From Caulobacterales bacterium (GTDB lineage Bacteria > Pseudomonadota > Alphaproteobacteria > Caulobacterales > Hyphomonadaceae), in the NCBI GenBank assembly GCA_038249555.1, contig JBBSDJ010000001.1:5376-69375 (forward strand): a DNA stretch of 64,000 nucleotides, given 5' to 3'. Position 1 is the first letter of the stretch. Each line of letters starts with the position of its first letter. The position numbers were made by a program, and so were the translations under genes. Below, one piece after another: positions 48,675-59,348 of this stretch. Under the pieces are notes generated by a model. That model ran no database searches and had not been told where the DNA came from. It saw only the letters and a list, made by a program, of their open reading frames with translations.

Positions 48675-51600
48675 TCAAACCACCCTCAAGGCATTGTTGA
48701 GGGAATCTGACAGCATCTCCGGCGGGATGCGCATCATTTTCGGACCATCCGTCCAGCAAAGAACGGCCACCACTTCCCGCCCCGGGAAGGCCGATTCCAG
48801 CACGGCGGCATAGGCCGCCATCTGCGTGATATAACTCTCCGCAACGCCGGAAACGTCGTCCGGTGCGGGCTGATCCGTCTTGAAATCGATCACCAGAACC
48901 CGCGACGGCGTAACCACCAGACGGTCCACCCGGCCGTTGATCACCAGATCACCTGGCAATTTCGGCGACGTCCCGATGACCGCCGCTTCCGCCCTGCCCC
49001 CCGGCTGGAACAGCTCGGAAAGCGCCGAATCATTCAAAATCGCTTCGGCCGCGCGCAGCATTTCCGCTTTCTGCGCCGTCTTGAGTTCCAGTTCGCGGGC
49101 CAGGAACGCCGCGCCGGCCGCATGCCGCGCCGCGACCGGCAACTCAGGCAGGTACTGCAGCAGGCTGTGGATCAGGCGTCCGCGCTTCAGGCGCGCCTCG
49201 CGCTTCGGATCGAACGGCGCCACGACCCGGGTCTTTGGTCCCAACAGACTGGTCGGGGCCGTCACGCGCCGGGTCACGACATCCGGTGAAGGCGCCTCCC
49301 GCGCCCATTCCGGGAGGAGTACCGGGCGTGTTTCGGTGCGATGATCCGGTGCCATCCCGCGCGCCGCGGCACCATACTCAAGCATACCGTCCTCCAAGGC
49401 GCGCGCCGGCAATTGCTCCATCGCATTGCGGCACAGCGCATACCAGGAATCGTCATGATACCCCCTGGCGGCGTCGCCATCGGAGCCATACCAGTATCCG
49501 GCGACCAGCAGCCGGTCCTGCGCGCGTGTCAGCGCCACATACAGCAGCCGCCGGTGTTCCTCATGCGCTTTGGCTTCTGCAATCAGCCTCGCCCGCGCCG
49601 AAGGCTCGATATCGCAATCCTTGCGCGGCGACCAGATCAGCGCTCCGTCCACGGACAGGATCGCATCGCTCGTCAGCTTCGGTTTCGACGTTGTGTCCGG
49701 TAGGATCACAATGGGTGCCTGCAGCCCCTTCGCCCCATGCACCGTCATGATCCGTACTTCCGGACCCGCCTCCGCCAGGTCGCGCTTGATCTCCACGGGA
49801 GTCGATTCAAGCGACGCCACGAACAGATGCATCGATGACGGCCCGGCTGCATCATGCGCCAGCGCGCGCGCCAGCAAGGCCTCAATCGGATCGCGCGCCG
49901 GCGTGCCGAGCCGCGCGTTCAGCTTTGCCCAGCCCGTCAGGCCCGCAGCATCCGGCTGGTCCAACACCGTCGAAAGAAACTCGAACGGCGCAAATCCGGC
50001 CCGGTCGATCAGCGACTGAAGGAAGCCGAGAACCCTGCCCACGTCCGGGTCTTCGCTCGCCAGAACACGTGACCAAAGCGTCTCGCCCTTTTTGCGCCCG
50101 GACGCGAGTTCAAAAAGAAACCTGTCATCATCGACCAGACCGCAAAACGGACCCCGCAAGATTTCGGCAAGTGCCAGGTCGCGCGCAGGCAGCACCGCGA
50201 ACCGCATCAGGTTCAGGCAATCCTGCACGCCGATATAGTCCGCCAGCTGAAGACGGTCGGCGCCCGCCACCGGCACACTCGCGCTTTTCAGCGCATTGAT
50301 CACGGCTTCGAACAACCCGCCGCGTCGCTCGCGCACCAGGATCAGCACATCCCCCGGCCGCGCCGGGCGCTGCACGCCCTCTTCCCACACCGACGCGCCA
50401 CCAGTGACCATCTGCTTGACCGACTTCGCGATCGCCCGCGCCAGCTTCACTTTCGGCGACGTCAGCACAAGCGCGTCCAGCGGCCTCGCCCAGGCATCGG
50501 TCTCCGGGTCAGCATCTCGCGGCATCACCGGCCAAAGCTCTACCCGCCCCGGTTCGTTCCATCGCCGCGCTGTATGTACGATCTTGTCGGCCGTCATCGG
50601 CCGTGCGTCCGCAAACGGAACATCTATCGGCGGCGCCGCATTCCAGACCGTATCCACAAAGGTCAGGATTTCCGGGCTGGAGCGGAACGACATCCGCATG
50701 TCGGCCTGCGCCACCTTCGCATCGCGCAACGTCAGCGCCTGCGTCTCCTCCAGGAACCGCGAAGGATCGGCGCCCTGAAACGAGTAGATCGACTGCTTCT
50801 CGTCGCCCACCATGAAGATGGTCCGAGGATCCTGCAGCCGCTCGCGTCCCTCGCCCGCCGTGAACTCTTGCGTCAGCGCACGGATCAACTCCCACTGCGC
50901 CGGGCTCGTATCCTGCGCCTCGTCGAGCAGCACATGGCTCAGCCCGCCATCGAGCTTGTACAGCACCCAGCTCGACAGGCCTTCCGAGGCCAGCAGGTCC
51001 CGCGTGCGTTCGATAAGGTCGTCAAAGTCCAGCGCCCCCCGCCGGGCCTTCTCGGCCTCATACGCCGCCAGCGCCGGCAAGCCGAGCTTCAGCAGCGCCG
51101 AGGTGCGCGCAAACGCCTCCGCGCGCCGCAGGTCCGCCGTCAAAGCCTCGATCCGCCGCGTCTCGCTTCCAGGATTGTCGCCGATGGCAAACAGCTCCGC
51201 GACAATCGGCGCTGCGTCCGCCACCCCCTTCGTGAACGAACTTTTCTTGCGCGGCTCCCCCGCTGCCGTCAGGAAGATCGATGTGTAGAGTTCAAACGCC
51301 TCTGTCGCAGTCCTGCTCGCTAGCACGCCCTGCAGCTGTTCCGCCAATTTCAGATCGGTGACCTTCCCGCTACCCAGCGCGGCAATCGCGCGGCGGACGT
51401 CGCCCGCCGGAAAGTCCGCGCCCATCGCCTGCGCCACAAGCGCGTCCGGCGACGCATCCGGCGGCTGGATCACATCGCGCAGCGCCCGCTCCATCGCGTC
51501 CGGATCATCCCCGCAATCCGCCGCAAACTTGCGCAGCGCCCGTCCCGACCCTTTCAGCGCATCCAGCGCGCTGCTCGCCCCGTCCCGCCCCGCTTCCCGC

Positions 51601-52181
51601 GCCAGCAAGGCGAGGAGGGCGCGATCTTCCTCCGCTGCCCTCAGGATCGCCGACTGTTTCGCCGCCTGCCAGATTTCCCGGGCATCGTCTTCCTCCAACT
51701 CCGTGAACCCCGGCATCACGCCGGCTTCCAGCGGAAACCGCCGCAGGATCCGGGCACAGAAGGCATGGATCGTTTCAATCCGCAGGCCGCCGGGCGTCTC
51801 GAGGGCGCGCGCAAACAGCGCCCGCGCCGCCTTCAGCTGATCCAGCGTATAGTCCGCCGGCTGAGCTTCCTCCAAACGAGAAAGCGCCAGCCGCAACGGC
51901 TCGTCCTCCATCACGGCCCACTTGCCGAGCGTCTCGAACAGCCGCGTCAGCATCTCGCTCGCGGCGGCGCGCGTATACGTGATGCACAAAATGGAGTCCG
52001 GGTTCGCCCCCGGCCTCCCATCCGGCCGCCGCAACAGCAGACGCGCCACGCGGTCGATCAGCACCTTGGTCTTGCCGCTCCCTGCATTCGCCGTGGCATA
52101 GGCCGACGCGCCCGGATTGGCCGCCACCGCCTGCGCCTCAGTCGCCGCCTTCAGCGCGTCAACGTTAAAAGCGTCATTCAT
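48675..52181 (-). CDS. addA: Double-strand break repair helicase-nuclease AddA
   Basis: ANAGSGKT, DEAQDT, VGDEKQSIYSFQGA, MTVHGAKGLQ, LYVALTRA, nuclease GRVDRL..IDFKT. Confidence 0.95.
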   Translation of the reverse strand: MNDAFNVDALKAATEAQAVAANPGASAYATANAGSGKTKVLIDRVARLLLRRPDGRPGANPDSILCITYTRAAASEMLTRLFETLGKWAVMEDEPLRLALSRLEEAQPADYTLDQLKAARALFARALETPGGLRIETIHAFCARILRRFPLEAGVMPGFTELEEDDAREIWQAAKQSAILRAAEEDRALLALLAREAGRDGASSALDALKGSGRALRKFAADCGDDPDAMERALRDVIQPPDASPDALVAQAMGADFPAGDVRRAIAALGSGKVTDLKLAEQLQGVLASRTATEAFELYTSIFLTAAGEPRKKSSFTKGVADAAPIVAELFAIGDNPGSETRRIEALTADLRRAEAFARTSALLKLGLPALAAYEAEKARRGALDFDDLIERTRDLLASEGLSSWVLYKLDGGLSHVLLDEAQDTSPAQWELIRALTQEFTAGEGRERLQDPRTIFMVGDEKQSIYSFQGADPSRFLEETQALTLRDAKVAQADMRMSFRSSPEILTFVDTVWNAAPPIDVPFADARPMTADKIVHTARRWNEPGRVELWPVMPRDADPETDAWARPLDALVLTSPKVKLARAIAKSVKQMVTGGASVWEEGVQRPARPGDVLILVRERRGGLFEAVINALKSASVPVAGADRLQLADYIGVQDCLNLMRFAVLPARDLALAEILRGPFCGLVDDDRFLFELASGRKKGETLWSRVLASEDPDVGRVLGFLQSLIDRAGFAPFEFLSTVLDQPDAAGLTGWAKLNARLGTPARDPIEALLARALAHDAAGPSSMHLFVASLESTPVEIKRDLAEAGPEVRIMTVHGAKGLQAPIVILPDTTSKPKLTSDAILSVDGALIWSPRKDCDIEPSARARLIAEAKAHEEHRRLLYVALTRAQDRLLVAGYWYGSDGDAARGYHDDSWYALCRNAMEQLPARALEDGMLEYGAAARGMAPDHRTETRPVLLPEWAREAPSPDVVTRRVTAPTSLLGPKTRVVAPFDPKREARLKRGRLIHSLLQYLPELPVAARHAAGAAFLARELELKTAQKAEMLRAAEAILNDSALSELFQPGGRAEAAVIGTSPKLPGDLVINGRVDRLVVTPSRVLVIDFKTDQPAPDDVSGVAESYITQMAAYAAVLESAFPGREVVAVLCWTDGPKMMRIPPEMLSDSLNNALRVV

Positions 52182-55100
52182 CGCCGCCCTCGCCGTCCGA
52201 GGTATCGCTGGTCCACTCCGCGCGCCGCGCGAGCAGGTTGTAGCCGTAATCATACTTCACGAACTGCACGCGTGGCGCCGAGGCAAACACCGCGCCAGCC
52301 GCCCGGTAATCCGAGATCAGCCGCTGCATGCCCTCTTCAGCGCGCGCCGCCATCGCGGCCGGCGTCAGGTCGCCTTCCTTGCCGGGGCCAATAGTGCGCG
52401 CCTTCGGCTTGCCCTTGAACTCGACATATTCCAACCCCGCCACCGGCGCCGCGCGCACTTTCTCGAATCCGCCCTTGATGGCGATCAAAGCCTGCAAAGG
52501 CATCTGCTGATCAAACCCTGTACGGATCATCTTGTCGGACGGCGCGCTGCCCGTCTTGAAATCGACGATGGTGATCTCACCGGTGGCGCCAATCTCGATC
52601 CGGTCCGCCTGCGCCGACAGCACAAACTGTTCCCCCGCAATCTCGTAGGCCACCTCCCCCTTCGCCTCCAGCGCCAGACCGCCCGCAACATCGCGCGCGG
52701 CGCGCCAGCCCAGAAACCAGTTCGCCACATCCTCCCAGATCGCCTCGCGGCTCAGCCAGTCCGCCTCCGCCTCGCCCGCCTCGCGCAACTCTTGCTGCAG
52801 CAGCCGCGCAAGATGCGCCGCAGACTTTTCAGCGCCTGCTTCCTCCAGCAATTCAATCGCCCTGTGCACCGCCGTGCCCTTGAGGTTCGGCTGCATCGGC
52901 CCGTTCATCGGATCGATCACGCGCAGCCCCAGGATATCCTCTGCCCAGATCGAGTACGGATCGCGCTGCAGCCGGTCGATCCGCGTCACCGACATCCGCC
53001 TCGGCCAGGCCGCCGGCCGCCGCGTCGGTCTAGGCTCGGCGCTAAACGCTGCCGCCTGTGCACCGATGCCCTCGGACTGCACCGCGCGCACCCAGGCCGG
53101 CAATGCTCCGTACGCGCCCAAAAGCACCTCCGGTGCCGCCTTGAACAGCGCGCCCTGCGCCAGCGTTCTCAGCCGCCACACCCAGCGCGACGCCACCGCC
53201 GGTGCATCTTCGCGCCGCGCGGAATACAGCATCGCCACACGCGGCGCGCAGGCGAGCTGCGCAAAATCGTGCGCCGACAACCCCAGCCGCTCATCCGGAT
53301 CGGCCATGCCGAGCTCGGTGCGAAACCGGCGCGGCAGGAACGCATCCGGCGGCGTCTTCACCGGCCAGACATCCTCATTGAGTCCGGCCAGCACGACAAG
53401 ATCCGCAGACTGAAGACGCGCCTCCAGCGGGCCCCAGATGCTGAGGCGGGAATGCTCCGGCTCGCCGAGGCTGACCGTCAGGCCCGCGCATTCCGTCTCG
53501 ACCAGATCTGCCATCTCGCGCGGCGTCACGTCACCGAGGAAGGTTCCCATGTCGCGGATGCGCTCAAGCAGCCTGGACGCGCCCGCGCCGTCCTCCCCCG
53601 CCCAGGGCAACGGTGTTTCGCTGATCGCGCCCGCCAGCGCCGCAATCCGTTCGGCGCCCGTGGCGACATTTACCGCGCCTGAAGCCGAAAAGTCCGCGCT
53701 CGACGCCGCGACAATATCCGACAGCTCACGGATGAACGCCGCGCCTTGCGTCTGTTCTTCTCTTGAAAAAGCCCGGTGCCGATCTTCCGGATCGTGCTGC
53801 TCAATCAGTTCCGCCAGATCAAGCAGCGATGTCCACCGCCGGGGCCCCCGCAGGAAATGCAGGTCCACCAGGTTTCCGAGGTCGAGGTTGCGCACGAACG
53901 CATGCTTCAGCACGGCAGACAGCGTCACCGGATCGGCGGGGTCCACAGCCCAGCGCGCGCAGAGCGAAATAAGGCTGCCCGCCGGCGTGCGCCCGAGTGG
54001 CTGGCCGGCCGAAGGCGGAACCGAAATGCCCCACCGCTCCAGCAGCGCGCCCACGCGCCGTGCCAGTCCGGCATCCGGCGTCACCAGCGCGCCCTTCGCT
54101 CCCGGCTCTTCCAGCACGCCGCGAAGCAACAGCGCCGCCGCTTCGGCCTCTGCCGCCTCGTTGGGCAGTTCGACAACCGACAGGCCCTGCAGCGCCGCAC
54201 ACACAAAGGCGGCCGGCGTCGTGGCATCAATACCTGCCAACTCTTCCAGCGTCTCGCGCCAGTCCGCCGTGTCGTCTGCGGGCGCTAAGGCTTCGTAGAC
54301 CAGCCTCCGCCGTGACGGCGAACGCGCCTCCCCCGGCGCGGGCGGCCATTCTGTTACATCGCCCAATGAAAACCCGAGGGTCTTCAGTGTACGCACCAAG
54401 GCAAACTGCGGGTGGCTCGGCGCGCCCGAAACAGCCGTCAGGGACTTTTCACTCAGGTCCGTATCGAGACCGGGCAACACGACGAGACCCTTGGGCAGCT
54501 GCGTCACCGCCTGCATCAACAGCCGTCCGGACGGCGTCGCCCCGGTCGAACCCGCTATGATCACCGGCGCGGTGGGCGGCTTTGCGGCCCAGGAGGCGAC
54601 CAGCGCTTCCGCGGCCTGCTGCCGGCGCTCGAAAGGATCACCGGCATTGTTCTCGCGCAGCCATTGCGGCCACATCTCGGTGATGATTGACAGGAACTCG
54701 GTCGAGTCCTTCCAGTGCACCGCGAGATCGGCCTCTGTCACCAGCCCGGTCAGTTGCGACCAGTCCACCGGCGCCTCGCCCATCGACGCCTGCTCCAGCA
54801 GTCTCGACAATTCCCGCGCCGAGGCGAGCGCCGAAGCGGGCGGCAACGTATGCCCATATTCGCGCGCGTAGAAGATAGCCGCGAGTTTCGCCAGCACGCC
54901 GAGCCGGGCGGCCGGTGAAAGCGCCGGCGGCAGGCCCGCTAGCGCAGTTTCCGTGACCGGTGGCGGCTCGTCGGATTCCAGATCGCCCAGGGTGCGGATA
55001 TCCGGGGGCAGCAGCGTGCCTGCGCCGCCCAGCGTATCGAACAGCGCGAGCGTCAGCGCGCGCGCAGAGCGGCGGTTGGGCACATAGATTATGGCATCTG

Positions 55101-55236
55101 CCAGCGCATCAGACTGTTGCCGCAGCTTGAAGGTGTCCGCGAGAACCCGCGCCAGTGAGCCAAGGAAGTCCGTACCGGGAGGGATGGTCCAGACCCTCGG
55201 GGCGTCCTTCCCGAATGGCCGGATCTCAGCCGCCAT
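52174..55236 (-). CDS. addB: Double-strand break repair protein AddB
   Basis: PNRRS, AGSTG, SVTRIDRLQRDPY, ADRIE..VDFKTG. Confidence 0.94.
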   Translation of the reverse strand: MAAEIRPFGKDAPRVWTIPPGTDFLGSLARVLADTFKLRQQSDALADAIIYVPNRRSARALTLALFDTLGGAGTLLPPDIRTLGDLESDEPPPVTETALAGLPPALSPAARLGVLAKLAAIFYAREYGHTLPPASALASARELSRLLEQASMGEAPVDWSQLTGLVTEADLAVHWKDSTEFLSIITEMWPQWLRENNAGDPFERRQQAAEALVASWAAKPPTAPVIIAGSTGATPSGRLLMQAVTQLPKGLVVLPGLDTDLSEKSLTAVSGAPSHPQFALVRTLKTLGFSLGDVTEWPPAPGEARSPSRRRLVYEALAPADDTADWRETLEELAGIDATTPAAFVCAALQGLSVVELPNEAAEAEAAALLLRGVLEEPGAKGALVTPDAGLARRVGALLERWGISVPPSAGQPLGRTPAGSLISLCARWAVDPADPVTLSAVLKHAFVRNLDLGNLVDLHFLRGPRRWTSLLDLAELIEQHDPEDRHRAFSREEQTQGAAFIRELSDIVAASSADFSASGAVNVATGAERIAALAGAISETPLPWAGEDGAGASRLLERIRDMGTFLGDVTPREMADLVETECAGLTVSLGEPEHSRLSIWGPLEARLQSADLVVLAGLNEDVWPVKTPPDAFLPRRFRTELGMADPDERLGLSAHDFAQLACAPRVAMLYSARREDAPAVASRWVWRLRTLAQGALFKAAPEVLLGAYGALPAWVRAVQSEGIGAQAAAFSAEPRPTRRPAAWPRRMSVTRIDRLQRDPYSIWAEDILGLRVIDPMNGPMQPNLKGTAVHRAIELLEEAGAEKSAAHLARLLQQELREAGEAEADWLSREAIWEDVANWFLGWRAARDVAGGLALEAKGEVAYEIAGEQFVLSAQADRIEIGATGEITIVDFKTGSAPSDKMIRTGFDQQMPLQALIAIKGGFEKVRAAPVAGLEYVEFKGKPKARTIGPGKEGDLTPAAMAARAEEGMQRLISDYRAAGAVFASAPRVQFVKYDYGYNLLARRAEWTSDTSDGEGGDE

Positions 55237-55951
55237 GGCAGGCGACCCACATCTCTGCGTCCGCTAGCGCCTTCGGATCACCCACATGCAGCCAGAACCG
55301 GTCCAGCACATGCCCCGCGAGCCGGCCGTTCGGAATGAGGCCGTCCCAGATCTTCAGCGCCGAGAAACGCTCGACGGCAACGCCGTCATAAAGCCACGGC
55401 TTCATGATCCGCACACCGGCATAGGCCCACGGCGCCGAAGGCGCACTGCCGCGCCGGATCAGCCGGTTGCCCGCCTCAAGGAAAAAATCGCCTGCGCCAT
55501 CAAAACCCAGCGCCCGGTCGGTCGCGGCGATCAGCAGACGCTCATCCTCAGCCGCCGGATCAAATGCTCCGGCCAGTTCCAGGAACGGCGCCGGAGATTC
55601 CGGCCCCCAGAAGGCATCCGTATTCAGAACATAGATGGGATCATCGCCCAGCAATGGCCGCGCCTTGGCGAGGCCACCGCCCGTCTCCAGCACTTCGCCG
55701 CGCTCGTCCGAAATGATCACCTCGACATCCGTACGCGCCTTCACATGCGCTTCCACCTGATCGGCCAGGTAGTGCACGTTGACGACGATACGTTTCACGC
55801 CCGCCTCGGCGAGCGGATCCAGCAACCGGTCGATCAGCGCCTTGCCGCGCACCTTCAGCAGCGGCTTCGGCGTCGCATCGGTCAGCGGCCGCATCCGCGT
55901 GCCCAGTCCGGCCGCCAGCACCATCGCCGTGTGGGGGACTGCAACACTCAT
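55226..55951 (-). CDS. murU: Nucleotidyltransferase (MurU-like)
   Basis: MVLAAGLGTRMRPLT..PKPL, LETGGG, WLHVG; downstream of amgK. Confidence 0.85.
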   Translation of the reverse strand: MSVAVPHTAMVLAAGLGTRMRPLTDATPKPLLKVRGKALIDRLLDPLAEAGVKRIVVNVHYLADQVEAHVKARTDVEVIISDERGEVLETGGGLAKARPLLGDDPIYVLNTDAFWGPESPAPFLELAGAFDPAAEDERLLIAATDRALGFDGAGDFFLEAGNRLIRRGSAPSAPWAYAGVRIMKPWLYDGVAVERFSALKIWDGLIPNGRLAGHVLDRFWLHVGDPKALADAEMWVACHGG

Positions 55952-57048
55952 CGAAGCCGCTCGAACACAAACGGTGTGGTTTCGCGCACGAACGCCGCCA
56001 TGCCGGCGAGCGACGGATGCGAAAGGTTGCGCGCCAGAAGCTGCAATTGCCTTGGCTGGAAATCGCCGTAACGCGGCTTGCCGTCCCGGTGCTGAAGGCG
56101 CGAGAACACACCGGCAATCCGCAAGGCGTTCAGCGCGCCGATCACCGCCAGCCGCTCATCAAACGCCGCGCGCGATTGGCCGGTCAGCGTCAAGAACGTC
56201 GAGATCGCCGCCTCGGCGGCCTCCTCGGAAACATTGCGCCGGGCATCCTGCGTCAGCATGGCAAGGTCCCACGCGTCCCAGCCGACTACCGCATCCTGGA
56301 AGTCCAGCAACCCGACATCACCGTCAGGCAGCCAGAGCAGGTTCTCCGCATGATAATCGCGCAGCGTGAACGCGCGCGGGAAAGACATCGCCTGCTGGAT
56401 CAGCGCGTCGCGCTCGGCCTCCCAGCGCGCCCGCTGAGCGCCGTCCAGCGCCTTGCCGCCTATTTCCGCCGGCAGCCAGTCGGCATAGAGGTCGGCATTC
56501 GCCCCCAGCGCTACGGAATCAAATTCGAGGATCGGCCAGCTGACACCGTCCACAGACAGCACCTTCGGTATGGACGCTTTGTGGACGGTGGCGAGCCGTT
56601 CGGCCGCCGCTTTGTAGAGCCGCGTTTCGTCTTCCGCGCCGCGCTCGATGAGACGCGCGAATTCGCGCCCGTCCCCGAAGTCCTCGATCAGCGCAAACCC
56701 GAAACGTGCGTCAAAGTGATAAACTTTCGGCGCCCGGAGAGAAAGATTGCGCAAGTGATGAGAAATCAAAGCGAACGCTTCGACACGCGATGCGGCCAAA
56801 CGGGTCATCGCATTCCAGCCCATCCGCGCCCGCGTCGCCGCGTCCGCATCCGGCGGACAGGGGTCGCTCTCGACCCGCGGCGCATCCATCAGCAGCGCCG
56901 TGGCACCATCCTCGCGAAACAGCCGGATATACCGCCGCGTCGAAGCATCCTGCCCCAACGACTGGCGCCGCGCCGTCTCCCAGCCATTGCCGGCAGACGT
57001 CAGGAAGGCATCAGTCTCGGCAGTCCGGAGGTCAGGCAAAGCGTTCAT
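55948..57048 (-). CDS. amgK: Phosphotransferase (AmgK-like anomeric MurNAc/GlcNAc kinase)
   Basis: DASTRRY, LRDYHAENL, LLDFQDA, LDLAML-like motif, LRIAGVFSRL..DGKPRY. Confidence 0.82.
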   Translation of the reverse strand: MNALPDLRTAETDAFLTSAGNGWETARRQSLGQDASTRRYIRLFREDGATALLMDAPRVESDPCPPDADAATRARMGWNAMTRLAASRVEAFALISHHLRNLSLRAPKVYHFDARFGFALIEDFGDGREFARLIERGAEDETRLYKAAAERLATVHKASIPKVLSVDGVSWPILEFDSVALGANADLYADWLPAEIGGKALDGAQRARWEAERDALIQQAMSFPRAFTLRDYHAENLLWLPDGDVGLLDFQDAVVGWDAWDLAMLTQDARRNVSEEAAEAAISTFLTLTGQSRAAFDERLAVIGALNALRIAGVFSRLQHRDGKPRYGDFQPRQLQLLARNLSHPSLAGMAAFVRETTPFVFERLR

Positions 57049-57484
57049 CCAGCCGTTCCTGCCAGCCTTCGCCGCCGGGTTCCAGCCTCGCCCGGCGCTG
57101 ATCCCCAGAGATTTCAAGGAATACATCCAACCGATTGCGCGGAAGGTGCGCACCCGCACGGTCCGGCCATTCGATCAACGCAACCCCGTCCTGTGTTTCG
57201 TCCCAGCCGAGTTCCTGAACATCATCTGCGTTTTCAAGGCGGTAGAGATCGAAGTGCCAGACGGGAAAGTCCGGCCCCTCATACAGTTGAACCAACGTGT
57301 AAGTCGGGCTCGGCACCTCTTCTTCATGCCCCAGCAAAGACTGGATCAACCCCCGCGCCAGCGTCGTTTTCCCCGCCCCCAGATCCCCGTGCAGCGCGAT
57401 CACATCCCCGCGCCGCAACAGCAGCGCGAGCCGCGCACCAAGGGCGCGCGTGTCTCCATCCGAGGCCAGTCCGAGAATTCGCAT
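57032..57484 (-). CDS. tsaE: t6A37 biosynthesis ATPase
   Basis: LHGDLGAGKTT, VPSPTYTL, HFDLYRL, IEWP. Confidence 0.95.
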   Translation of the reverse strand: MRILGLASDGDTRALGARLALLLRRGDVIALHGDLGAGKTTLARGLIQSLLGHEEEVPSPTYTLVQLYEGPDFPVWHFDLYRLENADDVQELGWDETQDGVALIEWPDRAGAHLPRNRLDVFLEISGDQRRARLEPGGEGWQERLDERFA

Positions 57485-57631
57485 TTCGGGCCGCACCCTA
57501 GCGGTCTCGCTGGTTGACGCAACGCGCGTAAACCTGTGACGGTGTGCCCCGTTTGGTGATGCTTGCAGCCGCGCACACAACCGAATAGATAAAAAGTGAC
57601 GCACCCGTCACGAATGAGAGTGGGGCCCGGA

Positions 57632-58876
57632 ATGCCGGCTGGAGAGGCACAGCGCATCGTCATCGTCGGCGGCGGTCAAGCCGCCGCGCAGGCTTTGCAG
57701 TCGCTCCGCCAGGGCGGCTATACGGGCGCCTTGACTCTGGTGGGCGACGAAGCCGCATTGCCCTATCAGCGCCCGCCTCTGTCCAAAGGCTACATGAAGG
57801 GCGAGGTCGAGGAAGAGCGCCTCTATTTCAAGCCTTCCGCTTGGTACGAAGACCAGAATATAGAGCTGTTACTGGGCACTCACGTCCCGAAGATCGACCG
57901 GGCGACCCGGCAAGTCCAGCTCGGCCATGGCGGTCACCTGCCCTATGACTACCTGATCCTGGCCACCGGATCGCGCCCTAGGCCGCTGCCGGTGCACGGC
58001 GCAGATCTGGGCGGCGTGCACGACCTGCGCACCCTCGCGGATGTCGAGCGCCTCAGCCCCAAGATGGTCGCAGGACGCCGGATCGTGATCATTGGCGCCG
58101 GCTATATCGGCCTCGAGGCCGCTGCTGTCGCCCGCCAGATGGGTCTTGAGGTGACCGTCATCGAGATGGCGCCGCGCGTCCTTGCGCGCGTCACCAGCCC
58201 AGTCCTCAGCGAATTCTACGCCGCCGAACACGCCCGCCAGGGCGTCATAATCCTCACGGGCGTCCAGCTTTCCCACCTCGACGGTGTCGATGGCGAAGTC
58301 AGCGCCGCAGTGCTGGCCGATGGTACTCGACTGCCGGCCGACCTGGTGCTCTCGGGCATCGGCATCCTTCCCAACGAAGAACTTGCGAAAGACGCTGGCA
58401 TTGCCTGCTCCAACGGCATCCTCGTCGACCGCGATGCCCGTACCTCGGACCCGCACGTCTTCGCGGCCGGTGACTGCGCCAGCCGTCCGCTCGTCCACTT
58501 TGGCCGGTCTGGCCGCCTCGAGAGTGTTCACAACGCCATCGAGCAGGGCAAGCTCGCCGCAGCGGCGATCCTTGGCCTGCCGCGCCCTGCGGAAGACTGC
58601 CCATGGTTCTGGTCGGACCAGTATGATCTCAAGCTGCAGATCGCCGGACTCAGCCAAGGCTACGACACGCACGTCATCAGGGGCGATCCAGCCTCACGCA
58701 AGTTCGCGGTGTTCTATCTGAAGAATGGCACGCTGATTGCGGTCGACGCCGTCAACAGCCCGCCGGAATTCCTGGCCTCGAAAAAGCTCATCATGTCAGG
58801 GGCGAAGCTTGCGCCCGCTGTCCTTATCGATACATCAACCCCTATGAAGGATATAGCGGCTCAAGCGGCCGCCTGA
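57632..58876 (+). CDS. NAD(P)H-dependent ferredoxin reductase (putidaredoxin-reductase-like)
   Basis: GGGQAA, YQRPPLSK, GAGYIGLE, FAAGDCA, WFWSDQY. Confidence 0.92.
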   Translation: MPAGEAQRIVIVGGGQAAAQALQSLRQGGYTGALTLVGDEAALPYQRPPLSKGYMKGEVEEERLYFKPSAWYEDQNIELLLGTHVPKIDRATRQVQLGHGGHLPYDYLILATGSRPRPLPVHGADLGGVHDLRTLADVERLSPKMVAGRRIVIIGAGYIGLEAAAVARQMGLEVTVIEMAPRVLARVTSPVLSEFYAAEHARQGVIILTGVQLSHLDGVDGEVSAAVLADGTRLPADLVLSGIGILPNEELAKDAGIACSNGILVDRDARTSDPHVFAAGDCASRPLVHFGRSGRLESVHNAIEQGKLAAAAILGLPRPAEDCPWFWSDQYDLKLQIAGLSQGYDTHVIRGDPASRKFAVFYLKNGTLIAVDAVNSPPEFLASKKLIMSGAKLAPAVLIDTSTPMKDIAAQAAA

Positions 58877-58894
58877 AGGAGACGGAAACTACAC

Positions 58895-59215
58895 ATGGCA
58901 AAGATCACTTTTGTTTCTCATGACGGCACCGAGCGCACGCTCGAAGCCAAGAACGGCATGTCGGTCATGGAAGTCGCGGTCAACAATTCGGTGCCCGGCA
59001 TCGATGCGGACTGCGGCGGCGCCTGCGCCTGCGCGACCTGCCACGTGTATGTCGACCCGGCTTTCCTGGCCCAGGCCGGCGAGCAGCAGGAAATGGAAAA
59101 GTCTATGCTCGACTTTGCCGAGAACGTGAAACCGAACTCGCGCCTCTCCTGCCAGATCAAGGTGACCGATGCCCTCGACGGCCTGCGCGTCACGACGCCG
59201 GAAAGCCAGCACTAA
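58895..59215 (+). CDS. 2Fe-2S ferredoxin (putidaredoxin/adrenodoxin type)
   Basis: [18 protein letters not shown]; RBS GAAGGAG. Confidence 0.95.
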   Translation: MAKITFVSHDGTERTLEAKNGMSVMEVAVNNSVPGIDADCGGACACATCHVYVDPAFLAQAGEQQEMEKSMLDFAENVKPNSRLSCQIKVTDALDGLRVTTPESQH

Positions 59216-59244
59216 GCCTTCGCTTCAGCGCCACACACGACATT

Positions 59245-59272
59245 CGCCCCGGCTTCACCGCCGGGGCGTTTT
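59245..59272 (+). terminator. Intrinsic terminator after ferredoxin
   Basis: CGCCCCGGC-TTCACC-GCCGGGGCG-TTTT. Confidence 0.75.
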
Positions 59273-59348
59273 CATGTGACGCAAGGTTACCACTTGGGTT
59301 CCTTTTCGGAACCGGGTAGACTGCCTCATCCCTCCCAGGAGCTGCGCC

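Noticed and set aside
28643-57484. Apparent cluster of RNA-modification genes (pseudouridine synthase, sua5, queF, tsaE)
   Set aside because: They are scattered over about 29 kb in unrelated operons; no evidence of a functional island.
11500-57500. Apparent switch from G-rich to C-rich plus strand suggesting a replication terminus or large inversion
   Set aside because: KOPS-like octamers keep one orientation throughout, I found no dif-like site, and gene orientation plus codon bias can explain much of the skew.
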